Source of the DNA: Malacoraja senta
Taxonomy: Eukaryota
DNA: 64,000 nt
Assembly: GCA_038087875.1 (NCBI GenBank)
Contig: CM075988.1
Span: 3,968,001-4,032,000 of the forward strand
Reading direction: 5' to 3'
The position numbers and the translations under genes were made by a program. The number at the start of each line of letters is the position of its first letter. The stretch's first letter is position 1. Below the pieces are notes generated by a model. It did no database searches and was not told the origin of the DNA. It was given only the letters and a program-made list of their open reading frames with translations. Below, in pieces: positions 36,001-48,091 of the stretch.

Positions 36001-36809
36001 ATGCTATTCCACAATGGACAGGGTTTCTTGTTAGCAGTTGTGGTGATAATAACGTCCCATAATATTTGTTTCTTGTACTCAATATAAAGCTACAAATGCA
36101 ACACTAACAATTATCTTCAGTCTGAATGCATTCCGTCAGCTCTTGCTGGATGAGTTCTGTTCTCATTACAGATGGCAGACTGTCACTGGTAAGCCTGATC
36201 CAGGACCAATAATCCCACTGCAATAAAACAGAGAGTGTAGAGCAGTCCAGCCCAGGAACAGGCCCTTCTGCCCACATAGTATGTGCCAAAATAGTCATAG
36301 ATTGATACAACTAGGAAACAGGCCATTTGGCCCTACTTGCCCACACTGACCAACATGTCCCAGGTACACTAGTCCCACTTGCCCGCATTTGGTCCATATC
36401 CCTCCAAACCTGTCCCATCCATGTACCTGTCTAACTGTTTCTTAAACGATGCGATTTGGTGATTAATTGGCCTCTGTAAATTGCTCCTAGTGCTTGAGAA
36501 AGTGCGATAACATAGAACTAGTGTGAAGTGTGATCGATGATTGGCCTGGACCCAGTGGGCCGAAGGGCCTGTTTCCATGCTGTATCTCGAGCCTAAGCTT
36601 AACTTGGTCATCAAGGCTGGAATACCATGTCAGACTGAGAAAGAGCAGGGATGTTGAACCAAGTCTGCTCCCTCAGGAGGCTGGATAATAATCCATGGTG
36701 CAACACAAAAGCATGCTGGATATCTGCCTGAAGTTCTGGCCAACATGTATATCTTAACCACCTGTGCAATGTCAATGTTGTCTGAGGCAGCATGTTAGGT
36801 TGCTGTATC

Positions 36810-37617
36810 CAGGCACGGAAATCGCTATCAAAATATGGAGGGGACCGGGGGGGGGGACACAATTTCACACACGCACACACTCACACACACATGCGAGGCT
36901 TCAGAGGCTCAATCCAGCGCTAAATGCAGCTCAACTCTGCCTGTCTGGCCAGGTTAACCTACAGACCTGCCTGGACTGACGGGACACCAACACTGCTTCT
37001 CCGCGCTGGCTGTAAACCTGGGCCATATTTCCCACGTCCAGGCAGGGCTGTAGGTTAACCTGGTGGGACAGGCAGAGTTGAGCTGGGTTTAGTGCTGCTT
37101 CTCTGCGCTGGTTGTGGGCCTGGGGGCACAACTCCCGTCTGACTCCCGACGTCTCTGGCCACCCATGGGTGTGGGGGCACTCGCGTGGGGACGTGGATGG
37201 TACAGTGGCGGTTCGGCAGCGATTGCAGCGCCAGAGACCGGGATCGATCCTGGCTGAGGATGAGGCGCAGGTCAATGTCCAGGGCCGCCCAGAGTGTTTT
37301 GGCACGTCTCCCTCCTCCAATCACCGCCCTCTATTCTCAGTCCCATCCCCCTACTACTTCCGCCTCTGACTGACACCTCCCTCCTCCAATGATCGCGATG
37401 AATCATCATGTCCCGTCCCCATTGCCTGCTGACCGAAGTCACTCTCATCCAATCGGCCTCGATCAGCAGTCCCACCCCCACTGTCTCGCGGAAAGCGGAG
37501 ATTTCACCGAGTTTTAAAATCCGGATTACAAAAAATGGTGGGGATCGTCTCCCACCTCTCAAAACATGGGGGGGGGGGGGGCGTGCCCCCCTGACCCCCC
37601 CGGGATTTCTGCCCCTG
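36810..37617. mobile_element. Non-autonomous hAT DNA transposon
   Basis: 8-bp TSD GCTGTATC (36802-36809, 37618-37625); imperfect TIR CAGGCACGGAAATC / GATTTCTGCCCCTG. Confidence 0.85.
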
Positions 37618-37980
37618 GCTGTATCACTTACAAGAGTAAGTACACTCCAAGGATTCCATGCTAGGAATGATTTTACAATCCACTATTCCTATATTCTTGC
37701 TCTTAAGATAGACACAAAGTGCTGGAATAACTTAGCGGGTCAGGCAGCAACTCTGAAGAAAATGGATGGCTAACGTTTCGAGTCGGGACCCTTCACATTT
37801 GAAATTCCTTTCTACAAAGTATAAACCAGCATCTGCAGTTCTTTTCTACAGCATTTCTGAAGAAGGGTTCCGACCTGAAATGTCACCCACCCGTTTACTC
37901 CAGAGATGCTGCCCGACCCGCTGAGTTACTCCAGCACTTTGGGTATAATCCAGCATCTGCAGTTCCTTTCTACACATGCT

Positions 37981-38694
37981 TGTAGTTACGCTTAATTATG
38001 CCAGGCATAGTATAGCCTGGGACTGGATGTCATGTATCCCAACAGGCTTTGGGAAGGATGCTACTAGCTAGGGACAGACAGAGCGAAACGCTGGAGCCAG
38101 GAGAACAAGGGAGTGCAGTGAAAACGGTCACGTCATTGACATCTGGTCGAAGCAGTACTGCCTTGAGAAGATAAGGTGCCTGGAACGGACATATTGCAAA
38201 ATAACTCTATAATAGGAAAGAGATATGAACAGGCAATGCAATTAAGAACTCTCCAGCCTGATAAAGAACGAAGATGTGTTTTGTTTATTCAGCCGTTGGA
38301 CGAGTGACAACTTGAAATGATAGACTTTAACATCATGAGAGCCTTGAGTTGGAATAAAGGCTTCCTTTCGAGCATTGAAGGAAAATGAGTATAAAAGAAG
38401 GGTGGTCAAGGACATAGGGGGCGACAACGAGGGAACAACCATCGCAAGAAGAAGGGACCTGAGTTTGAAGCTCAGAGAAGACAAACCCCTGACCAACAGA
38501 GTGAACCTGGCCAATTCATTCATACGGGTAATATCTGAGACCAAGTCATGAGTTTTGTGATTTAGTTTAAGACGTGATAAGTTGAAATAGTAAAGTAAAT
38601 GAGAAGTTATTAGAAGTCAATTGTTTGCATGAATGTTTAAGTTACTCGAGCGTTAATAAAGATTTAATTTGGGTTTAGAGTCTTTTGTTCGACA
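37981..38694 (+). mobile_element. Probable solo LTR
   Basis: TGT...ACA ends, TATAAAA at 38390, AATAAA at 38655; no TSD seen. Confidence 0.5.
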
Positions 38695-38740
38695 GGTCAG
38701 GCAGCATCTCTGGAGAGAAGGAATGGGTGACGTTTCGGGA

Positions 38741-38768
38741 CTGAAGAAGGGTCTCGACCCGAAACGTC
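38741..38768 (+). ncRNA. Minimal hammerhead ribozyme core
   Basis: CTGAAGA A GGGT CTCG ACCC GAAA CG TC. Confidence 0.6.
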
Positions 38769-39261
38769 ACCCATTCCTTCTCTCCAGAGATGCTGCCTGT
38801 CCTGCTCAGCTACACAGCTTTTTGTATCTATCTTCTGGATAGAGTGGATGTGGAGAGGATGTTTCCACTAGTGGGAGGTTCTAGGACCAGAGCTCACCGC
38901 CTCAGTGTTAAAATAACAATGAAGGATGGCAATGACACCTCAGATAATATCTTTCAGAGAAAGCATCAAAGAAGGGATCAAAGAACGATCTGTTGGAGGA
39001 ACTCAACAGGTGAAGCAGCATCTGTGGAGGGGAATGGACAGTCAATGTCTTGGGTTGAAATTTTCACCAAATCTCAAACTGTCAACTTACCATTTCCCTC
39101 CACATATGCTGCCTGACCCGGTGAGTTCCTCCAACATTGTTCTACAAGTCAAGTCAAGTCAAGTCAAGTGAGTTTATTGTCATGTGTCCCAGATAGGAGA
39201 ATGAAATTCTTGCTTTGCTTCAGCACAACAGAATATAGTAGGCATGAATACAGAACAGATC

Positions 39262-39365
39262 AATGTCCACAAAAACTCCAGCCAGTTGGTCCACACAGGT
39301 TTTTAGAACACGACCGGGTATACCATCAGGTCCAGGTGCTTTTCGAGGGTTCACCCCTCTGAATA
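39262..39365 (-). mobile_element. Rex1/Babar RT N-terminal fragment
   Basis: [34 protein letters not shown]. Confidence 0.85.
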
Positions 39366-39412
39366 ATCAGTAATAACTTTTCATTTACTCTACTATTTCA
39401 ACTTATTACGTC

Positions 39413-39715
39413 ATATCATATACCATGATATAAATATATACACACATCAATAAATAAGCAGATAAAGTGCAAATAAACAGATAATGGCCTATTAATGTTC
39501 AGAGGTTTCAGTTGAGTTTAATAGCCTGATGGCTGTGGGGAAGTAGCTATTCCTGAACCTGGTCGTTGCAGTCTTCAGGCTCCTGTACCTTCTACCTGAA
39601 GGTAGCGGAGAGATGAGTGTGTGGCCAGGATGGTGTGGGTCCTTGATGATCCTGCCAGCCTTTTTGAGGCAGCGACTGCGATAGATCCCCTCGATGGAAG
39701 GGAGGTCAGAGCCGA
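39413..39715 (-). mobile_element. Rex1/Babar 3' fragment
   Basis: LPSIEGIYRSRCLKKAGRIIKDPHHPGHTLISPLPSGRRYRS...RFRNSYFPTAIRLLN. Confidence 0.88.
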
Positions 39716-40454
39716 TGTGCTGTTCGCAAAATGTCGCCGCAGGTAGGCGCCATCTTAGAGGTATCTTCCACATACATGGCACGGTGGGGCAGCGGTAGAG
39801 CTACTGCCTTACAGCGCCAGAGACCTGGGTTCAATCCTGACTACGGGTACTGTCTGCACGGAGTTTGTACGTTCTCCCCGTGAGTTTTCCGTGCATGGGT
39901 TTCCACGCAGTATCTCTAAACTAAACCAAAACGTATTTATCTCGATATAAATATAATTCATTATTCAGTCACCAAGGAAATAAAATAGATGCACCAGTTC
40001 AGTAATATTTGCACATTTTTTAATCAACATTAACTAATCAACAAGGCTTCAAGTTCACCTGCATATGGCTTGCAAATAGGCCTAATGAGATCACATGTCC
40101 ACAACAGTGTCTATTACTCATTAGATAATTACTAACCAGACATTCAATTAGCTTAGTCTGGGATTTTAATTAGCCACTTGTGGTTGTGAATAATTTACTG
40201 ACAACGGTGACTTCTCAGCACCGAACTAATCTCAAACCTGGTTTGTGTGTGAGAGAGGAGAGTGGCTCGACATGTTTGATGCAGATGCAGAGATGCTGCC
40301 TGTCTCTGTGAGTTACTCCAGTATTTTGGCTCTATCTTCGGTTTAAACCAGCATCTGCACTAGTCCCACCTGCCTGCGCTGTTGTTCCTTGCCGTATGAT
40401 TCTATGACTCCAAAGAGCTGTACATTCTGGTTAACACAAAAGGATCAAAGTGCT

Positions 40455-40822
40455 CTTGGTTCTTGGTTTCTTGGTCCTCCAAATATTCCAAATGGAATTT
40501 AAACTGGAGGTGGTGGAGGGAGGACTTAAGCCAGAAAGGGTTTTTGGGAAGAAAGAGCTACCTTAAATTTAGTTGCATCTGGTTGGGTAACTATGGTAGG
40601 GTGAAGATTATTCCATGCTTTAATTGTGCGGGGGAAGAATGAATTGCTGTACACATCTGTCTTGGTAGCTGGAATCTCAAATTGGATCGAATGTCCTCGT
40701 CTGCTCATAATGGGTTTGGGTTTGGTATAGGTCTTGTAATCTATGTTGAGCTGACCATTTAACATTTTGTAAAAACAGGTCAAACGGTGAGCTTCACGTC
40801 TGTCTTGGAGAGGGTTCCACCC
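40455..40822 (-). mobile_element. CR1/L2-group LINE 3' fragment of a distinct family, (CCAAGAA)n tail
   Basis: FYKMLNG...SRRGHS...YSNSFFPRTIKAWNNL; tail reads tcttggttcttgg on +. Confidence 0.75.
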
Positions 40823-41147
40823 CAGAGTAACTCAGCAGGTCAGGCAGCATTTCTGGAGAACAAGGATGGGTGACGGTTTGGCTCGGAGCCTTTCCAGCTC
40901 CAGACCTCCCCAATGTGAGGAAACTTCCACAATTGAAGATAGACACAAAATGCTTGAGTAACACAGCGGGACAGGCAGCATCTATGGATAGAAGGAATGG
41001 GTGACGTTTCGGGTCGAGATCCTTCTTCACCTTCCCATACACTTCCACAGGGGTACGCTGCTACCTGCCACATCTCAGGGTGCAGGAGTGCTGAGGGACA
41101 CGGAGTAAAAAGATGTACTTTGATCAGCATGAAACTATTGATCTTCA

Positions 41148-41548
41148 AATAATCAAGGACCAGTCGCACCCCGGCCACTCCCTCTTCTCTCCTCTCCCAT
41201 CAGGCAAGAGGTATAGAAGTGTGAAAACGCACACCTCCAGATTCAGGGACAGTTTATTTCCAGATATTATCAGGGAACCGAATCATCTTCTCAACAACTA
41301 GAGAGAGGTCCTGAGTTACTATCTACATCATTGGAGACCCTCGAGCCATAATCAGTCTTTACTTGACTTTTTCTTGCACTAATCATTATTGGAGTTTTTC
41401 CTTTTATCATGTATCTGAACGCCATGGACAACTTGATTGTAATCAAGTACAGTCTTTCTGCTGACTGGATAGCATGCTACAAAAGCTGTTTACTGTACAT
41501 GTGTACATGTTTAGAGTACATGTGACAATAAACTAAACTCAACTAAAA
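41148..41548 (+). mobile_element. Rex1/Babar 3' end
   Basis: IIKDQSHPGHSLFSPLPSGKRYRS; tail ACATGTGACAATAAACTAAAC. Confidence 0.85.
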
Positions 41549-42156
41549 ATCTATAAATCAGCGAACGCTGCAAAATGGGCCATTGCAAAATGCAGGAGTA
41601 GGCATCGAACATGCCCTAATCTCTGTAACCATTGTAAAGGCTCTGTGGGGAAGGACCATAGTCTGCCTTCACTGGCCACTGATGGGCTGGGGCCTGTTCA
41701 ACACCCTCTCAACCACTCATGGATGCATCGTTTCAGGAGGAAATATGACTGGTCTTGATTTTAGTTTAAGAAAGGAACTGCAGATGCCAGTTTATACTGA
41801 AGATAGACACAAAATGCTGGGGTAACTCAAATCAACCCAGTCTGATGGAAGGTCTCGTCACCTATTCTGTCTCTCCAGAGATTCTGCCTGACCTGCTGAG
41901 TTACTCCAACTGAGTTTTGTTTCTATCTTTGATTTTAGTTTAGTTTATTTAGTTTAGTTTAGTTTAGAAAACAGGGTGGAAACAGGCCCTTCGGCCCACC
42001 GAGTCCATGCTGACCAGCGATTACCCAATACACTAGTTCTATACTAATGATCTGAATTAATAGGACTTGCTTCCACTCCATTGTTATGGTGGGCTCTGAA
42101 GTGGCTGAGGAGGCCATTGTGGGAACCACTAATTCTTCCACGGTTAGCGCAATAGG

Positions 42157-42557
42157 TTTAGAGTTTAAAGTTTAGAGAGACAGCATTGAAACAGGCCCTT
42201 AGGCCCATCGAGACCGCGCTGACCAGCGATCACCTGTACACTAGTTCCATTCTACACACAAGGGACAATTTACAATTTACCTCGGCCAATTAACCTACAA
42301 ACCTGCACGTCTTTGGAGTGTAGACAAAGAAACTCAGCGGGTGAGGCAGCATCTATGGAGAGAAGGAATAGGCGACGTTTCGGGTCAAGAACCTTCTTCA
42401 GACTCGGGTGTGGTAGGCAACTGGAACACCCAGAGAAAACCCATGAAGTCACAGGGAAAGCGTGCAAACTCCGTACAGCCAGCACCCGTAGCCAGGATCA
42501 AACCCAGGTCTGTGGTGCTGTGAGGATACAACTCTACCGCTGCACCACCGTGCTGCC
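42157..42557 (-). mobile_element. HE1 SINE with Penelope pLTR insertion (approx. 42321-42405)
   Basis: SINE core split by AACTCAGCGGG...CTTCTTCAGAC. Confidence 0.8.
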
Positions 42558-44584
42558 CAATGCAGAATTAGAGAATGGATCCAATTGAAGGTAGAACAAA
42601 TGCAGACATGCAGTGAATGTATATATGCTGTGAATTACATTTATTTTTGAAACAATAAACTCAGTAAAACCATGGGCTACCATTTCAGAACCATTGCTGT
42701 GGTGTGATAGCTGCACACAGCATCACAGTTGTGCTGAGTGCGTATCCATCACTGATGAAACTATGTGTTATGTGGAACAGACGTCCATGTGCCTTGATCA
42801 ATATTTATCCCTCGGCCAACATGGCAGATGCAAATGATTGGGGTTTTTAACTCTCATTTTTTTTAACGCGGGAGCTTTGTATCTGCTTATTAGCTGTTGT
42901 GTTTTTCTCGAGTACAACAGTGGCCACGATTTGTGAAGTGTTCTGGCTCCCCTTGGAGTCATGAAATTCATGATGAAAATACCATTCCTCTCCGTGAGAA
43001 GTCGAGCGTTTGGAGTTGAGCCGCTGCTGCTGGGAGATTGCATTCGCATGGCGGTATCAGCTGCTCGACATTTTACTGTGAGTCCAGCGACAGGCTTATC
43101 TGCCAATTCAAAGTGTGTGTGTGTCGTCTACTTGAGAAATTACAGGCGAGGGCTTCCCTCTTCACTGCCGGCTGCACTCAACACCGAACGCAAGGATTTT
43201 AATCATTTCCCTGCTCAGGCAAAGATACAAAGGCTGCCAAGATCGCAGATTATCGATGCTTATATGTTGACGTGCGAGGCTCGGTACTCTCGACACCACA
43301 AAGGTTGTCCTGTGAGGCCAAAGCTCCTCTCTGAGATGGCGTTAATTAATATCCATCATTTCCTTGCTTCCCACATCAATAATTATCACTGATGAAAGCA
43401 AAATCTATTTCATTGGTTATAAATCATTCAGGTAAGAGACAATGAACCAGATAAATTATCCTCTCCTGACAGGTGAATGGCAAACCCATCCCAAATGTGA
43501 CCTTTAGACTCCATTAGTGGTTATATAGATTGTACTGGCTCTACCCCACAATACATCTACCTTGTAATTGTCATGCTTGCCATCAGTGTATTCATTAACT
43601 CACAAGGATGGCAGTAAATCCAAAGTAAGCAAGGGCCAAATGAAAATAAGACGTTTGGTTGGAAATGCACTCATGAGAATGCACCAAGGGGTTAATACTT
43701 TAAGCAACCCTAGATGGAGTTGGAGAATCAGCTGAGCAAACTGAAATTATTGTAACGCACAGGGCTGGAAGAACTCAGCGGGTCAGGCAGCATCCGTGGA
43801 TGGAAACGGACAGGCGACCTTTCGGGTCGGGACCCTTCTTCAGGCCGATGGAGTAGGCGAGGAGAAAGCAGGAAAAGAGAGGTGGAGGTGGGACAAAGCC
43901 TGCCGAGTGATGGGTGGAATCAAAGATGCTGGTTTACACCGAAGATAGACACAAAGTGCTGGATTAACTAAGCGGGCCAGGAAGCATCCCTGGAGAAATA
44001 GGATGGATTATGTTTCTTCAAAGAAGGGTCCCAACCCGAAACATCACCAATCTTTCTTTGAAGAAGGGTCCCGATCTGAAATAACACCCATTTTCGTGCT
44101 CCAGAGATGCTGCCTGACCTGCTGAGTTAATCCACCTTTTTGTGTCTATAAGTGATAGGTGGATACCGGTGAGGGGGTGGGGGTTGCTAGGCGGTGGGGG
44201 TGGTGAATACACAGTAGGGTAAACTCTTGTCAGAGCTGTTGGACCCATGTCAACTATCAGGTCCAGGAGGATGGGGAGTGATTGTTTCTCAGTCATGGCC
44301 ACTCAAGTGCCTAAACGAGACTGGCCTATTGTCAGAGTGCAAAAGGATGGGCAGAACCATTTCCACACACACTGCCCCTTCCAGAAACACTCGATGCTCC
44401 AAACAATTAAACAGCAATGAGGTGATTCTGACGAGGAGATGGGCCTGGGTGATGCAGCGTAGGCTTTGCGTAAAGCAAGATCCCACAAACCACATTACAA
44501 TGATGCCCGGACAAGTGTACTATGTTTGCATATCTGTTGCACTGCTGCAAGTAAGACTTCCATTGATCCATTTCATGACAATAA

Positions 44585-44816
44585 AGGGGCTGTCCCACTT
44601 GGGCGTCATTTGCGCGTCATGTATGTGGTGCGCGAGGATTTGGGGAATCCCAAAATCCTGGGGCGGCGCACGCTACAGCGCGTCACTGCCTACGCCACCA
44701 CGTCTCACCACGTGCCATGCGCACATAAGTGCATGCCATGCGCGCGTTGTGCATCGTGAAGTGTAAATTATGTTGCGTAAATGACGCGCAAATAACGCCC
44801 AAGTGGGACAGGCCCT
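44585..44816. mobile_element. PIF/Harbinger-type MITE
   Basis: TIR AGGGGCTGTCCCACTTGGGCGT / ACGCCCAAGTGGGACAGGCCCT, TAA TSD inside the AATAAA of a Rex1-like tail. Confidence 0.9.
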
Positions 44817-44937
44817 TAAAACACTCTTGACTCTTGACAACCAGTCGAAGAAGGATCTCAGTGTTTCAACGTTTCAGGACCCTATCCTGAAACGTTGCCT
44901 ATCCATATCCTCCACAGATGTTGCTTGACCCGCTGAC

Positions 44938-45681
44938 TTTAGTTTAGTTTAGAGATACAGTGTGGAAACAGGCCATTCAGCCCATCGAGTCCCCGCCGAC
45001 CAGCGATCCCACACTGATTTGATTTGTTGGCCCTGCACTGTGCTTGACTTGAAATGAAATGGATTGAATTGTTGGGCCTGCACTGTGCTTGACTTGAAAT
45101 GGAATGGATTGAATTGTTGGCCCTGCACTGTGCCTGACTTCAAATAAAATAGATTGAATTGTTGGCCCTGCACTGTGCCTGACTTGAAATGGAATGGATT
45201 GAACTGTTGGCACTGCACTGTGGAATTCTCTGCCTCAAAGGGCAGTGGAGGCCGGTTCTCTGGATACTTTCAAGAGAGAGCTAGATAGGGTGCATAAAGA
45301 TAGCGGAGTCAGGGGATATGGGGAGAAGGCAGGAACAGGGTACTGATTGGGAATGATCAGCCATATTCATATTGAATGGCGGTGCTGACTTGGAGGGCCG
45401 AATGGCCTACTCCTGCACCTATTGTCTATTGTCTATTGTCACACATTAACACTATCCTACACAAACTTGGTACAATTTACACATACCGAGCCAATTAACT
45501 TACAAACCTACACGTCTTTGGAGTGTGGGAGGAAACCGAAGATCTCGGAGAAAATCCAGGCAGGTCACGGGGAGAACATACAAACTCTGTACAGACAGCA
45601 CCCATAGTCGGGATCAAACCTGGTTCCCTGGTGCGGCAAGCGCTGCAAGGCAGCGACTCTACCGCTGCGTCACCGTGTCGC
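44938..45681 (-). mobile_element. HE1 SINE split by a minisatellite plus CR1-tail insertion (45015-45439)
   Basis: SINE tail 44938-45014 resumes at 45440; CACAC duplicated. Confidence 0.8.
45024..45222. repeat. 45-bp tandem repeat x ~4.4
   Basis: TTGTTGGCCCTGCACTGTGCYTGACTTGAAATGRAATGGATTGAA. Confidence 0.95.
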
Positions 45682-45740
45682 CTAGCATCAATCTGTTTGA
45701 TTGATGTTGGCCAGACCTCTGAGAAGGATGAAAAAAAAAG

Positions 45741-45910
45741 ACACAAAGTGCTGAAGGAGTAACTCAGCGGGTCAGGCTGCATCCCTGGAGATCATAGATA
45801 GGTGATGTTTCACAGAGTGCTGGAGTAACTCAGCGAGTCAGGCTGCATCCCTGGAGATCATAGATAGGTGATGTTTCACAGAGTGCTGGAGTAACTCAGC
45901 GGGTCAGGAA
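45741..45910 (-). repeat. 66-bp tandem duplication of a Penelope pLTR segment x ~2.5
   Basis: AACTCAGC at 45761, 45827, 45893. Confidence 0.9.
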
Positions 45911-48040
45911 GTATTCCTGGAGAACGGATAGGATACTGGGAGAAGGCAGGAGAAAGGGGTTGAGAGGGGAAGCTGTGATCGAATAGCAGATCATTGGGCT
46001 GAATGGCCTAATTCTGCTCCGATGCCTGATGGTCTAATAATCTTAAATGACATTTCAGGTTGGGACCCTTCTTCAGTGATTATTTGTGGGGGGGGGGGGG
46101 GGGTGGAGGGAAAGATAACTGAGGGAGGGGCAGGACAGAGCTTGGCAGATAATAGGTGAACACAGGCATGGGGGGAGGGGGGGGTTGAAATGCAGATCGT
46201 GGGACAAAGGCCAGAGATGTGAAGTTGTGAAGCCAGAGGAAGGAATGTTGGCGGAAGGGGAGAGGAGAGGGAGGGAAGAAATATGTGTGAGCAGCTTACT
46301 TGAATGACTTTTAGATATCATATCTGGAGGTGGTATCTGCAGCACTGAAGTGTTTTACATGCAGGCCATGCCGCTGCAGTGGAAGAAATAGAAAAATACC
46401 GCACATGCTCAAAATCTGAAATAAAACAAGATATGCTGGAAGAACCTAACGGGCCAGACTGCATCTGATCCCCAGGATGCTAAACACATTCATTCCCCTT
46501 CCCATTCCCACACTGACCTTTCTGGCCTGGGCCTCCTCTAGAGTGAGGCCAAACGCGAATTGGAGGAACAGCACCTCATATTTCGCTTGGGCAGCTTACA
46601 CCCCAGTGGTATGAATATTAATTTCTATAACTTTAAGTAACCCTGGCATCCCCTCTCTCTCCGTCCCTTCCCCTCTCAAGTCGTACTATAACATAATAAA
46701 ATCTTGCCCAGTAATCTCTCCATGTTTGTAGCTTGTGGTCCATCTGTTATACAAATGCCTTAGATGTGGACACACAGTATCTCTCCAACATACACTACAC
46801 CATAGATCAAGTTAACTTCATTTGAACGGGGAGTTCTTAAGTTATCCATGTAATTCTGTGACAAAAGATAGACACAAAATGCTAGAGTAACTCAGTGGGT
46901 CAGACAGCATCTCTGGAGAAAAGGAACCGGTGATATAGAGAGATAAAGATCAAATCAATGAAAGAATTGCAAAAAGCCACGACGATCAAGAAAAGGTGGA
47001 GCCCACAATGGTCCATTGTTGGCTGTGGGGGTTGGAGATAACGAGATACACAGACAGCGAAACTCAACAGGACGACAGTGAAACTAATACGATGACTAGG
47101 GTGGGGAAGGGATGGAGAGAGAGGGGATGCAAGTGTTACTTGAATTTATTGAAATCAATATTCATACCACTGGGTTGCATCTATCTTCAGTTCCTTCCTC
47201 CTAATTGTGACAATATTGCTCATTATTCTGCAACTCCATTTTGGCTAGACCCAGGAATGTTCACTTCAGTGAGTTAATTTGTCCGTGGGATGAATTCCAC
47301 ACCACTCACTCAGTGACGATTATTTTTTGTGGTATGTTTCAGGCATATCAAAAATATGTTTAGTGCACTTATATTGTTCTGAAGAACATTTGTGCTGTCG
47401 TGAGCTATACTGTTCACATCAGTTATTCCTTGGAGTAAAAAATCAACAGTGGAATCAAATGAAATCAAATTTCATCACGCGTCACGGTGGCACAGCTGGT
47501 AGAGCTGCTGCCTCAATAGCACCAGAGACCCAGGTTTGATCTGGACCTTGGGTGCTGTTCATGTGGAGTTTGCACACTCTCTCTGTCACCACGCGGATTT
47601 CCTCTGGGTGCTCCAGTTTTCACCTACATCCCAAAGATGTGCAGAACATAGATACAAAAATGCTGGGGTAACTCAGCGGGACAGGCAGCATCTCTGGAGA
47701 GAAGGAATGGGTGACGTTTCGGGTTGAGACCCTTCTTCACACTGTGGTTTGGACGCCCCTATAATGTTCCCCTCGTGTGTAAAGAATGGATGAAAAAGTG
47801 GGATGAAATAGAACTCCTGTGAATGGGTGATCGATGGTGGACATGGACTCAGTGGGACCAAGGACCTGCTTCCATGTTGTGTCTCAAAATCAATAAAGTT
47901 TAGAATATAGCTCCTTCTCGCCCATCGCATGGCACACTCATCGCTCAGATGTGGGATAAATACAGAATATTCAAAGATAGACACAAAAAGCTGGAGCAAC
48001 TCAGCGGGACAGGCAGCATCCGTGGAGAGAAAGAATGGGT

Positions 48041-48068
48041 GACGTTTCGGGTCGAGACCCTTCTTCAG
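48041..48068 (-). ncRNA. Minimal hammerhead ribozyme core
   Basis: Reverse complement CTGAAGAAGGGTCTCGACCCGAAACGTC. Confidence 0.6.
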
Positions 48069-48091
48069 ACTCGACCCGAAACGTCATCCAG

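Noticed and set aside
44949..45218. 15-aa repeat protein (QGQQFNPFHFKSGTV)n
   Set aside because: Incidental frame of a 45-bp minisatellite running into a SINE tail
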